A DNA stretch of 64,000 nt from Gnetum montanum. Taxonomy: Eukaryota > Plantae > Gnetophyta. The notes below the pieces were generated by a model. The model was not told the origin of the DNA. It was given only the letters and a program-made list of their open reading frames with translations, and did no database searches. Below are positions 37,801 through 50,281 of the stretch, in pieces (the first letter of the stretch is position 1; every line of letters starts with the position of its first letter). The position numbers and the translations under genes are program-made. The stretch is taken from positions 228,571 through 292,570 of the forward strand of contig MNCI01000596.1 of NCBI GenBank assembly GCA_015680685.1, in the 5' to 3' direction.

Positions 37801-40800
37801 TACTCTCAAAATCAATGATTAACCACTGGATGCCCTCTGATTTTGTGGCTACTATTTATAGAAAAATTTAAATTTCTACTTTTGGTACACACTACTTGCA
37901 TGTAGAGATGGATGCTCATTTCACTGTCCAAAGTTTCTACACATAGTTGCACCCTGTATCACTGTACATGATGCATGGAGCTTGCTTCTTCTCGATCTTT
38001 GTGAATGTATTTTCTTTGGATATTTCTAAGGAAAGATCTCTGATGCCCATTCTTGCATCAATGGTGCTTAGCCATGCCCTTCCCATGATGATGGGGAAGT
38101 CCCCTTTGCAGTTCTCCACTTTGATCACTAGGAAATTAACAGGATCAAACCACTCGTAAACAATGGTCATAATGTCTTCTACTAATCCTAATGGAATAGT
38201 AATGGACTAATCTATCAATTCTAATCTAATATTACTCTTATTTAAAGGAGGCAAGTTTCATGCAGTATACATCTCATGAGAGATCAAGTTAACACCAGAA
38301 TCAAAATCAAGAAGAGCCTTACATAGTTCATTCCTAGTAATTTGCAAATAGATCAAAGGACTTCCAGGATCTGCTAACTTCCTAGGAAGGTTTCCATCAC
38401 AGTATGGATCCTTAGCAATGTTTGGTTTGAAGGAAACTCAAAGGAATTTGATATAAAGGAAGACAAAGGAACAAGTTTGTCAACCACGGATGTATTTGAG
38501 TGCTTAGGTAGACTGCATGATCAGAAGAAAGGTCTATTCTTTGATCGAGTATCTAAACCACTCAGTTGATGAACCGGTTGTAAATTAATGGTCATAGTAA
38601 CATTGTGTTGTTGTAGTTGAGCAAGGAGTTCACCCTGCATAGGTGGAGCAGGTGGTAGCTATGTGGATGGAGGAGGATGATGTGTAGGAATAGAAGAAGG
38701 ATAAGGTAAGAGGTGGTATTCCTTCTTGCATGTGAAGAATGAGTTTGATAATAATCAAAAGGGTGGTAGTGAAATTGGAAAGCAGAAACATGACTAGAGG
38801 AGTTATGTTGAGACAAGGGTTGCTAAACATAATACCCATAAGGATCAGGTTGTCGATAAGGGTATTGCTGCCTTGGTGGTGCCAGCACCCATGACTATGG
38901 TTGCTGCCATTATTGATATTGCTCATATGGTTGTGGTGGAGTTCCACTTGGATAATATTGTTGTTGTTGCTGGAACTGCCTAGAATTACCTTGAGGATAA
39001 GGCAATTATTTGGGTGTTTGCCTTTGTGTTAGTCATGGATTCAAAGCGTACACCCCAAACTCCTACAAGTGTGACATTATGGGGTAACATCTCTTAGGAT
39101 GTTCATACTGGAAAACATCATACCCATCATCATCATCCAATTCTCTTCTTGTAACTTCCTCTATTACAACAATCTTGCCCTTGCCTCTTCGATAGGCACA
39201 TTCAGCTTTCTTGTGCCTCTTGCACTCATGATCATAATCACTACCTTGTTCTTTGTACTCTTCAGCAATTTTTAGAACAACTTAAAATCTACTATCCATG
39301 GAGTCCCATAACTAATCAACCTTGGTCGTAATTTCAAATTGAAATTTTTGAAGTGGTAAGGCTTTCCTCTTCACCACCTCATCAAGTGCTGATTCTTCCT
39401 CACTATCACAAAATCAAACCTCCCTCTTGTGAATGGAAGGATTATGATTATACTCTTTTATACTATCTTTTTTTCTTAATTCACCTTCCTCATTAGCTAC
39501 CTACTCAATTAATCTTTGGATCTTATGGACACTTAATTTTGATAATCACCCTTGGGCATAGATGCCAAGGGTTCTTCTCATTTAAAATTGAAGCCCATCT
39601 ACCATGTGGCAAAGTTGATCCAGTTGAGAATAACCATGGCCAAGACATCTATGCATTAAGAAATAGTATCGGTCAATGGTGGCATCCAAGGGTTTTTGTG
39701 TTCCTTGTTTCCATCCTTGGATCTATCTTCTCAAGTTGGACACTCTGGAGTATGTTTGATATTTTTCATTGAACAATTCAAATATTGTATTCCATCATCT
39801 GATAGATTTTGGTTCTAAGGATTGATTCTAGTATTTTGCTTCTTTAATGAGTGTCCTTGAGAGCTTAAGTTTTTGCCACTCATTCTCTATATTTTGTAAG
39901 GCACATGCATCTTGAAAAGATTGGAGATGGTTTTATGGATCTAAGTTATATCCCCCTTCGAATGGAGTGATATTGTTCATGTCTATCCTTGTGATCTGAC
40001 TATCCTTCACATGTCTTGTTGGAGTTCGTACTGCCTCTACAATGTTTAGCATACTCTATGTAGTAAGAAAAGGCTCATTGAGGCCTTGATTTTGGTGTCT
40101 CTAATTCCCTTTACTACCCATTCATTCATGGCATCATGTCTCTCTTGAATGCTTGCACCCCTAGTCTTGTCTTTCTCGATGGTCCCTTCAATCATTTCAG
40201 TCCTATCGGTCATCTTCATCATGGTCGTGTCCCCTATAGTTGTGATTAGAGCTAGAAGAAAAAGATAATGATTACGAAGGTGAAGAGGAAGGAGAACTAG
40301 CACCATTGTAGTGCTTGCTACCACTTCTTTGATGATTATGACCATGATCATGATCTTGTTTTTGGTTTGCATCCCTACCTTGAATTGCCTCTTTGGATCC
40401 TTCTTTGTCATTGGATCCATTCTTACTAGAACTAGGATTGTGAATCATGGATTGTAGGTTCTAGTTTTGACCTTCTTCACCAAGGCCAAAGAGAGGAATT
40501 TCACTGAATGGAAATCCTATAGAGAAAGGTTCTCCATCATCTTTTTGGTACAATAGGAATGGAGAATCAATAAATCCTTTTCCCTTTACAGATTCATAAG
40601 GTTGTTCTAACAGGTGATCCTTGAGATGTTGTGCCTCAATGGGATGATAATCCCTAGCATCACTATCTTATACCACATACTTAGCATGAAGTCCTTGGAG
40701 ACCCCATTGTATAAGCATTTGTTGGAGCATTGCAGGAATGGATCAAGTGGGTAGCAACATAATGTTGCCCTCCATGTCATGCCACCACAGTTCATCCTAG

Positions 40801-40928
40801 TGTAGGATGAAGGTGAAATTTGATACATACTCATCAGGATGAGCACATACCACTCAGTATTGTTGAGGCATGAGCTGATGTACTCTGTTAGACTTGGGCA
40901 GAGAATTGCTCTTGTGAGAAGAAGACAT
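34810..40928 (-). pseudogene. E4 gag-pol polyprotein, degenerate
   Basis: Start ATGTCTTCTTCTCACAAG at 40928; PR FPIIMGRAWL (37937-38170); RT WASPRVIFPKKGGKWWVCMNF...DSYSGYNQ (37132-37368); RH NYTATKKELMAVVF (36248-36439); INT YIIVTIDYCMKWVE...FGMPCALIFDN (35514-35735). Confidence 0.92.
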
Positions 40929-41069
40929 TTTATGTTAAAAAAATAAAATTGTAGTGTGCTTCTTAAAATTGTTGTCCTAATCTTAAAATGTGATATGATT
41001 CTAAGGTTCGTTTCAATGATTTGAATAATTTTTCACTAGTCCTAGATAGCACACGTAGCAACTAAAAGC

Positions 41070-41087
41070 TCCCTAGCAATGGCATTA
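41070..41087 (-). promoter_or_regulatory. E4 primer-binding site (degenerate tRNA-Asp type)
   Basis: Plus tccctagcaatggcatta versus tccccggcaacggcgcca; the differences are all transitions. Confidence 0.7.
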
Positions 41088-41088
41088 A

Positions 41089-41936
41089 TGATGAGCAGTG
41101 AGGTACCCCTACGCCCAACCATATGAATCACAAGCATTCACACACGATCCAATCAAATTCTATAGACCTTAATTTCTTAAGTATACTAGTTTTATGTGAA
41201 ATCTAATTGGAATAATCATTGTCTTCTTAGTTCCACTTGTGAGATACAAGTAGATGGTTAAGTGCAACTGAGGTATATGATTTTTATCATTTTGTATTTT
41301 ATAAGTTTAATCACCTAGAACAATAATGAAAGGTAGAGTAATTTAGGGTCTAATTCATCTACTACCTAGCTAGCCTAACACAAGTACCTATTCCCACTCT
41401 CCTGGACACATCTTGAATGCATATAGCACTACTGAGTTACCAAATGTTAAACGTTTCTAGGTTACCAAGCACTATATGTATGCTTGAAGTGGTCATGCAT
41501 GTGTTCATTAACAACTAGAAATTAATTACTTAATTTAAGTGCATTAAAGTAAAGTACATGAAAATAAAATGCATGAAGGAAACATTAATCTATTCTTAGT
41601 GCTGCAAAGATGATCAATAGGGTTCATTTTTATTCCCATAATACTACTGTGCTTAGGTACATCAATGCTCAAACAAAGATCCATACACACTCAGACTTCT
41701 GCTGTGAGCACTCAAAAAATATTCAACTCTAGAGAAAACAAACAACAAGAGTTTTGCTATATATGACAAAAACTAATATGAAAATCATGATTCCAAGTGC
41801 TATATTTATAGGCCAGCATGTACCCTGCAATATTGGATATTCGACATCTTATCTTGGGCTCTGACATTGGATACCCAATATTGAGGCTCTGATATCGGAT
41901 ATCTAATATCGAAGCTAGTCAAAACATGATTCATCA
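41089..41936 (-). repeat. E4 5' LTR (848 bp)
   Basis: Direct repeat of 31989-32807. GATATC-type array at 41825-41912 and TATA on minus at ~41802-41812. Confidence 0.92.
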
Positions 41937-42794
41937 CTACCCAAACTAATTCATGCTACTATTGCTACTCTAGCACAAGTTGGTTGCAACTCCTTTAATA
42001 ATGATGAAAATCTATCCTCAACTCTCAAAAGGTAGCTAAATTTGAGAACTATGGCATATCTCGTAGATAGAAGGCTCAAAATCACATTAGAACATGTGTT
42101 TAATAAATAGAAATCAAAGAATAATAAAGATAGATCCACTACCTTCCTCTAAATATCTATTAACCAAGGCTTTGCAATAGCACAAACTCAAGGTACAAAT
42201 ATAACTTGAAGATTAGATGTAACATAGGATGAGATGATGGCTGAGAAAGAAACCAAAGACTTATTTATAGAGATGAATTCATGAAGATTTGTGGTTAGGT
42301 TTTATTAGATTCCTACCTAAGACTTATTAATCAACTTGCATCTACACATGTAAGATCCAAAGATAGGAGGATAAACATGATCTCTAGTAGAGCCCACATC
42401 TAATTATTCTATCCTTATCCAGAGATAACAATGTTAGTAGCATAATTAAAAGTCATTAGAATCCAAATATAAAATATAAAGAAATGTGTAAGCCTAAATC
42501 ATAAGAATTAAAATAGAACATTTGATGGTGAAATATTACCGCATGGGGATGAGACATAATAAAAATAAATTACATTAACAAAGTATTTTATCAATTTAAA
42601 CAATGAAATAAATTTTGTGCCAATAAAGATAACAATGCCATGTTATCATAAAATGATAAATATAAAACATGTTAAAGATAAATTAAATGTACAAGAATCT
42701 CATATAATATAGGAAAAACATCCTAAGATAATTCAAATTGCAAGATCAACATAAGGGGTAAAAATAAAATTCTAAACATCCTAGGGGTGTTACA
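41937..42794 (-). repeat. LTR fragment of an older element, probably the target of E4
   Basis: Minus strand begins TGTAACACCCCTAGG at 42794 and has CTCTATAAATAAG at ~42260-42272. Confidence 0.45.
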
Positions 42795-43799
42795 ATAATA
42801 AAATTATTTTTTAGACACATGTTGTATCCAACCTAATTAACTTATTGTTGATATATTGCATCTCTTATTTTTCCATGGGTCAATGAATTATATTAAGAGA
42901 GTTGACAAACATTGAAGACCTATGCAACTTTGCTACCTAGCCTACATTCATTTTGAATGGGTGAAAACAGTTCTTTGTTGTGTTCTTCATCCCCATGTTT
43001 AGCCTTGCTACAATGATGCTTTATACTTAAGACAACAACTCATTCTCAATGACCAACTGTAAACCTAATATTGCCTTGATCATGGGCCTTCTAGCTATGG
43101 GTATCATATTCCTTAAGGGTATGCCATCAATGTGGAAGTTGTAAAGGCCATCTTTAGTGAGACATCCTAGCCCCTATTATTGCAATGACATGCAAGAGCT
43201 ATGGAAGATGGAGAAATATTCCATTTTTGAATTTCATTTCTACCAAAGCATGGACTAGCTCACTAGTAATATTTGCATCTTGTAGAGCCTTCATGATAGC
43301 CAAATCCTAGATCTCCCCTTCTTTCTCTAAGGTGCAATTGACTATACTATTCAATACTTTTGTGCATATGACACATCCATATTTGAGCATGAGGATGTTG
43401 TGAAGGCCTTGGCTTGTGAATAAGGTATCTTTGCTATTGACGTTATTAACACAAACCTTTAGTTTGTGTATCGCTTCATCCCCAAACTACCATGCAACAA
43501 TGATAGTCTTAAACAAAGCAAAAAATTAAGCCTCATAATCCAAGAAAAGGCCCACCAAAAACATCATACTACCAAGGGTACTAGTGCCTACTATGCTAAG
43601 AGGGATCCTAGTGACACTTTGAGCATCATGGTGCCTTTGCCATCAACCATGATGATGTCTTTACCAATGACTAGGATGTCTCATAGTTCCTCATTCCCTA
43701 TATTGCTCTCTTACAATGACTCAATGTCTAACAATTCTTACCACATGCACTTTGGTAGGCATTTATGTAGTCTTAGCTAGATCTTCTTATTTGCTTTGA

Positions 43800-44130
43800 T
43801 GACATGTGACATAGAGATGAGGGACTATTGGAGCCCAAAATAATTGTAACATAGGTACACGCCAAGGTAAATAGTGCAATTAGAACTTTTATAACTTAGC
43901 ATTGCACACCAAAATTGAACCCATGACTTGTTTCTTTCAAATCAAGAGTTTTACCATGTGATATGTGGCACATGGCATAGAGTTGGGGGGTTATTAGTAC
44001 TTGGAAATAATTGTGATATAGGTATACCTTAAGATATATAGTGCAATTAGAACTTTTTAACTTAGCTATGCCTACCAAAATTGAACCATGACTTGTTGCT
44101 TTGATATCAAGAGCCTTACCATGTGACATA
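43800..44130 (-). repeat. Two ~167-bp tandem copies containing tRNA-derived SINE-like heads
   Basis: aataattgt..ataggta at 43839 and 44006. Each copy reads TGGTAA...AAGTCATG(G)GTTCAATT on minus, resembling Pol III A and B boxes. Confidence 0.55.
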
Positions 44131-45001
44131 TAAATGATCCTCATTGACATCCTAGATGATGTTGATAACTACACTAACACTATTGCCAATGAAGATGTCA
44201 TTTATCCAATGACAAATGAATAACATCTAATGCTATAAAATGCTCGATAGGCTCTACCTAATGTCAATGACTCAATGAACCATATTAAGGCATTGCTATA
44301 TTCATCCATAATTCTTCTAAAAGATTGGGTTGGCTGAAAAACTGAACCTACCTATATCGTAGGACATGTCGCCATCATCATTTTAGCCTTGTGTGTGTGG
44401 GCGCAGCGGGGAGGGGGGTGGTNNNNNNNNNNNNNTATATAACTCAACATTATCCACTAGAGTTGAACCTATAACTTGGAGCTTTCAATTCCAAATTGAA
44501 AGAAATGAAGTAGTGTGCAATTATTCTACAGCAGCAAGAGCATAACTATGACCTCTCTTTAGGCATCAAATACTAGATTTACAAAGATGCTGCTTTCCAA
44601 CTACAACTTCAAGTACAAAAGCTCTCAATAAAAGTGGAACAAATAATTTATTTTCTTCAGTATTACCTTTTTTTTAGGTTTAGAGGCTCAAGGATTGGAA
44701 GCTTTTAGCTTTTGTTGCTATTTATTCTTTATCTCTGATTAATGTATTCTTTTTTCTTTAGAGAGAGTTTTCTCCTTCTCTTTACACAACAAAATCCTTT
44801 GTAAGAAGTGAAAATCCATGAGGGCGTTTTGAATAAGGGCAAGACTTGATCTTGTTCCTACCCTAGAGGAGAGGTTTTCCAGGATTGGTTGTAAGGATGA
44901 AAACCTAAAAATGTATGCCTAAAATCGTTGGGCATTTTCTTTACATTCTTTTTGATGATATGATGTACTTTGAATTTTTTTTAATATTATTTTTCATTTT
45001 T

Positions 45002-45064
45002 GAGGGTCTGACACCCATGACTTGGAGCTTTGAAATCAAAAATCTTACCACTAAGCTAATACCA
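45002..45064 (-). mobile_element. tRNA-derived SINE-like relic
   Basis: Minus TAGCTTAGTGGTAAG (A box) ... AAGTCATGGGTGTCAGACCC (degenerate B box). Similar to 44458-44495 and 43800-44130. Confidence 0.5.
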
Positions 45065-45265
45065 TTAGCTTACTTCTCTTTGTCCATTTTCTTTTATTAA
45101 AAGATACATCCTTTTCTATTGGCAATTTCTGCTTTATTGTCTTACTTCTAAAAATAGAATAAAGCAACTTTTATATAAATTCATTAGACATTCTTTGTTA
45201 TCCCTAGGTTGGTGAAGGTTTGATTCCTACCGGTCAAGTGTTCAAGAATTAAAATTAAAATTAAA

Positions 45266-45630
45266 ACAAGCTAAAATAGGGAACGCTCGGCCCTTTGCTT
45301 CAGCCAGGGTTCATCGCACAAGGCGGTGGTAGCCTGGGTTGGTGAACTACTCGGGCTGTGTTTTTGGCATTATACTAATTTCTTTAAAAAACAAAGGGCC
45401 GAGCGTTGCCCAGATTTAGCTTGTACATTAAATGATGAAAACTTTGAGAGCAGCGTCTCCGAATCCAATTTCGGAGACGTGTTTCATGAAACGTAATCTG
45501 TTTGTTCAAACGAGGAACCAGAAACAAAAATACGAGATACAAAAGATCAGCGGCTGCAGCCGGCAGATCTAGAACAATCACATGAATTCCAAAAACTTGA
45601 CTCTCTGAGTGGGTCTCACACGTGGGCCTG
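45266..45630 (+). promoter_or_regulatory. CpG-retaining promoter region of the host gene with inverted repeats, CCAAT, G-box and site-II motif
   Basis: Intact CpGs, unlike the flanks. IR 45266-45297/45392-45424; hairpin 45454-45479 with CCAAT in the loop; CACGTG-GGCC at ~45619-45628. Confidence 0.55.
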
Positions 45631-45945
45631 ACATATTCAATTTGATGTTTCCTAATAATTCCTGTCGCTGTCATATCATATGCAAAATTTTAACGAAACC
45701 CACCTGCCTTGGGATTCTGTTCATGATCATGGGTATCCCAAAACGCAGCCCATCCCCGGCTCTGTGGTCCTGAACAGTCCAGGGATGCCTCAAAACGTTT
45801 TCCCCCTTCACAAGTCTCCATTTGTAAGCAAAATCCTCCAGAATTTGTTCCCATCTTTTTCGAGGAAATTTCTTGAAAACACTAATGTCGCTGATTTCCT
45901 GGTAGTTCTCCATGCCTGAGTTATTGTGTTGGCTTAGGTTCTGCA

Positions 45946-48900
45946 ATGGTGACTGAAACCAGTTTTCATTATTGGGTCCATTGGCCCGCTGTTGTCTGCG
46001 AAGTCTTGGTGCTAATTGCAGTAGCTGCAGCAATTCTGGTAATTTACGGGGTGGAGTACAGATCCTGGAGAAAATCTGGGGCCTCTCTCACTTCTGCAGC
46101 TTACATTTATGATGACGGAGAGCTCTGGATTCCTTGCTGGAGATGTGTTTCTCCCAAGGTGTTTCTCTGCATCAGAGCCGCTTGTTTCCTTCTTCTTGCC
46201 GGTTTCATGGCAGCTGATCTTGCTGTTCATTCCTACAGAATCTACTTCTTCTATACGGAGTGAGTCGTTCTCATTTTCACTTGTTTGTTTATTGAATTAC
46301 CTTCGACCTATCAGACCGTCAATCTGCTCTGCTTTTTGTTCTGGCAACTTTTGAACTCTGTCTTGCTAGTGGACTGAAATGCAAACGGGTTTTTGTTGAT
46401 TAGATAATGCGTTTTGATTTAGCTACCCTACTGCCTAGATCAATTATGCGTTATAATGTTTGAAATTTAAAGTTGTGCGCTGATCTTTATTTCTAGCGTC
46501 GTAAATCTTTCAAGGAATTGCAGAAACATGGAAGTGTGCAAATATGGTGTGACCAAGATTAGAAAGAAAAGAATTCGGAAGAAAGTAGTAATTGAATATT
46601 CAAAGCAGCTGGAACATTATGTTACCGGTTAAAACTGTAATAATTCAATATCAAGTATCATCATCCTTTTATCCTTATCATTATCTTTTTGGCCGGCCAA
46701 CCACCAGTTGGCTGGACATTGTCAGCCAAGATAAATAATTATCATCATAACGCTGCTCAAAAGTTGACCCTTTTTACCGGAATTATTAAACATATGTATT
46801 GTTAGGACTTTGTTACAGAAAATAAATAATCAATGGATTATTATAGGAGAATGTGCACTGCTTTTGATTTTTTTTTCAACACTAAAATCAGTTGTCAATG
46901 AATCAATTCTGGATTTCATTAATTTGGAAAAAATTTGGGTCAAATAATAGATATATATTATAAACTAGATCTTGTAATTACACGGTCAGAAGCTTTACAA
47001 GTACTCTGCTATTTACATATGTCAGGAACCATATCCATAGGTACTTCAGGGAATGCTCATTTCTTCTATAAAGGAAATTAAATAGGAGAAATCCTTCGTA
47101 GTAACAACTGCAGCAGAGTTATTAGTTTGCTATCAGGACTATTCATTGTTCATAAATTTTCATTGATTTTTATTATTTTAGATACAATTTTTGAATTTTA
47201 AGAAGAACCTTTAAGAATGCCATAAATTCATTTTAATTGTAATTTGCTTTTCTGTTGAGCAGGTGGACCTTTACTTTAGTGGCTATCTACTTTGCGGTAA
47301 TATTCATAATCCTTCGATCACTCTATTCATCTATCTATGCATGTTTTTATGGGGGGAAATGTTCATTAATTATTTGATAATTGATCCATGCCACCAACTA
47401 CTAAGGTATCTATAACAATAATTAAGATTCTCTGACCACTAATTCTATTTGACAGTTGGCATGACATTTGCATGTCACCACGTTGTTAGGAGCATTGGAA
47501 CTTTATAATTATCTTATTTGTTTGTATTTGTTATTGAATATAATTTGGTTTGAACTTTTACACCATTTTTGTTTCTTCCGTGCAAATGAAATCCATTTCT
47601 AGAGCCAGAAATTGAATGATTGTCGATCTCTTTTTCTCTTATTGTAGTTGGCAACCCTTGTTTCATTCAAGGGATGTTATAAATCTTCAAATCAAGGTTC
47701 TGCTCAACATCAGGATGAAATAGCTGACTTCTTGAAGACAGATACAGAACGAGTACACAATGCTGGTTGTACCAATGGAAATTTAGATAGCGTACCAGTC
47801 AGGTCAGAAGCATATGGCAACTGCATGGATAAAAGGAAGAAAACTGGATGTTTAGGTTTTCTTATGCAAATAATTTTTCAGGTTTGCATGCCTTTTCTAG
47901 CTACTTTGCAGTTGTACTTTAATAACTTCAGTTGTGATAACCTGGACTTCAGCCATTTTAGGGATTAATAATTCATGAACAAACCTGTAATTAAAAATAT
48001 GACACAGACAATAATTCAGGATTTGAAGAATTAAGGATAATTCTGAAGAACAAAGTCTAAGGAAAAGTGTTCTACTTTTGAACAGGTGAAATTTTTATTC
48101 AAGATGTTTGATAGAATAAAGATAAACTGTAGACTTAATATACTAAACGTATCATCTCCTATAGCCTCTGTAGACTTAATATACTCATAACAGTAATATT
48201 AACTCTTTCGATATGGATAAGAAAACTGTGATAAGTGCCATTCAGGGACCTCCATTAGAAGTCAGTCTTGTCTTTGTAGAGTTTGGTGTTCATGTAGGAC
48301 AGTTTTTTGATCCAAATAATGCTAGTTGGTAAGATGTTTGCTTCCAGTTTTAACCAAAAACATTTGAGACATTGATTCTTTTCATTTTTCATTTTAATTT
48401 TTTATATTTTGATTTTGAAGGAAGGTAATTACATTCTTCAAAGGGCACAATGTCATACTTTGAACTTTGAATGCTCATGCTCCTAAGTTAAGCAGCATCC
48501 ATGGGTCCCATGTTCAATCCGATGCACTGTAAATACCTAACACCTTGAAAAGAAACAGCATGTGCTTTATAAACTGACCATGGAACTGGTATGATCAGTA
48601 GTTTCTATTTGTCAAAAAAATAACGAAAAAAACTTTCTTGAAAGATTTTATCCCTATGAGAACGTAATAACTTTGAGTAGAATGATCTCCCTTGGCATTC
48701 AATGGAGCCAAACCAAGTCTTAATCCGTTTCCTCTCCACTAGCTAGCCCTTCACGTCATGCCTTGCTTCCTTCCATATTCCTAAGACAATTATTTATGGA
48801 TCATTTTATAAACTGAAACTATAATTTTTACTTGTGTCCACTAAGACCTTTGAATTCCTTCTACGGAAAAGTTTTAATTTATAATTTAGTGCTACCCAGT

Positions 48901-50281
48901 AGAATTTAACCTGTCACCTAGGGTTGCGAGGCCAAGACCCTTACTGCCAAGCTAACACCTCATTGAACAATCATGTCTGTGATCCAATAAATAGGCACAT
49001 AGTTTAGGACCATAAAGTGGAGTATACCACTTCTGTAAACTGTCTGTCAATCATGATTACATTTAATATGTTTCTGTTTAACATGTTTCAATGTATTCTT
49101 TTGTCTTTTGTGCTTGCTTTTATCAATATTTAATTAAATCCGTTTTGTTTAGTTACTTCAAAAATTTTTGAACCTTGGATAGATATGTGGAGGGGCTGCT
49201 ATGATGACAGACATTGTCTTTTGGGGTGTTCTTGTTCCATTTATGATGTCAGATCACTACCGCTTGAATTTGGTAAGCGAATAAGGTTGTAAGACTCAAA
49301 GTTGTTTTAATAACCATCTACATTTTTTTCGTAAAGGTTTGTTTGCAATATTTACGTAGATTTCTGCAGGAAACCAACAGTCTTTACTTTTCTTTGATTT
49401 ATAGTACATTTCCATTTAGGTAGTGTTTCATAAGCAAATGCAAGTTTTCAAGGCACTTATTCTGTGTTTTCATTGGCAGTTGATGGCATTTATGCATTCA
49501 TTAAATCTTGTGTTTCTTCTTATTGATGTTGTTTTAAGTGGCATGGTAAGGAATGGTTTGTGTTTTTCTTGAATTGAAATAATTTTTTCATGATAAAGTT
49601 AACAAATAATTTGCCTGCTTTTGTTTGCTGACACAATACCGTATTGCAGCATTTCCCATTTTTCCGTGGTGCATATTTTGTCCTGTGGACTGGAGCTTAT
49701 GTCATCTTCCAGTGGATTTTGCATGCATGTGGATTCTCCTGGTACGCTACCTCTTGCATTCAAGATAATGTTTTCCCGCAATTTTTTATGACTTTTCAAG
49801 TAAATCGTGTTAGACAATGCTTAGTGCAACCTTTACATACTACCCTAAAGTATTAGCTCTGATTCAGTTTTGTTCTTCCGTTATCCACATCTTTTTTGCA
49901 TTTTTTCTCTTAGTAAGTTTATTAAGATACATGAGATACATTTGATTCTGCAGTAGAAAGGAAAAGAGATGGGTTCAGTTTCTTGACATTTTGTTTAATA
50001 TTTTTTCCCATATGTTATCAGGTGGCCTTACCCATTTCTGGAACTCTCTACTTATTGGGCTCCTTTATGGTATACGTTTAATTCTTAAATTTTTTAAGTA
50101 ACACAGTTTTCTACTATAATCTTGCAAAGGTTTTACTTGTTCAGGTGTAATTTGTTTTGCATCCAGGTATCTGGGCATGGCAGTAATGTGTATTGTTTCA
50201 TATGGAGGTTTCTATCTTATTGTTAAGTTCAAGCGGCGTCAGTTCCCAAAATTGTTTCCTAATTATTATTGCACGTTATAG
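45946..50281 (+). CDS. Rolling-stone-like / FAR-17a-AIG1-like multi-pass membrane protein, 330 aa, 8 coding exons: 45946-46259, 47263-47296, 47648-47881, 49183-49272, 49480-49545, 49650-49741, 50022-50069, 50167-50281
   Basis: All seven introns are GT-AG. The spliced CDS is 993 nt, open, and ends TAG. Family motifs: LWIPCW, FFYTEWTFTLV.IYF, MQIIFQ..GGA.MMTDIVFW, MHSLN, FPFFR..YFVLWT..YVIFQW, WWPYPFLELS...APLWY. A probable 5'UTR intron acceptor is at 45937. Confidence 0.92.
48889..48959 (-). mobile_element. tRNA-like SINE relic in intron 3 of the host gene
   Basis: Minus GGTGTTAGCTTGGCAGTAAG...GTGACAGGTTAAATTC shows tRNA-like A/B-box spacing but no intact cloverleaf. Confidence 0.45.

Larger units (their letters stand above)
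31989..41936 (-). mobile_element. E4: full-length degenerate Athila-like Ty3/gypsy element (9948 bp), same group as E1
   Basis: LTR pair 31989-32807 and 41089-41936 (TGATG...CATCA). TSD ctact (31984-31988) / ctacc (41937-41941). PBS, PPT and gag-PR-RT-RH-INT are collinear with E1. Confidence 0.93.

Noticed and set aside
42218-42794. TGTAACA...TGTTACA bounded segment as a complete solo LTR
   Set aside because: Flanks (ttaga / ataat) give no TSD, and the TATA would lie too near one end. The LTR probably extends further left.
43000-43500. Possible hAT transposase remnant on the minus strand
   Set aside because: Only faint resemblance (VCVNN, W.C..H) across frameshifts; not supportable without a profile search.
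44390-44435. G-rich tract as a functional G-quadruplex or telomeric repeat
   Set aside because: Short, truncated by an N gap and adjacent to a (TG)n microsatellite; cannot be evaluated.
45384-46033. ORFs 45384-45674, 45671-46033 and 45680-45919 as separate genes or uORFs
   Set aside because: No recognisable motifs. They overlap the promoter, a probable 5'UTR intron and the antisense of exon 1.
48889-48959. Functional tRNA gene
   Set aside because: The acceptor and T stems do not pair properly and the B box is degenerate, so it is treated as a SINE-like relic.
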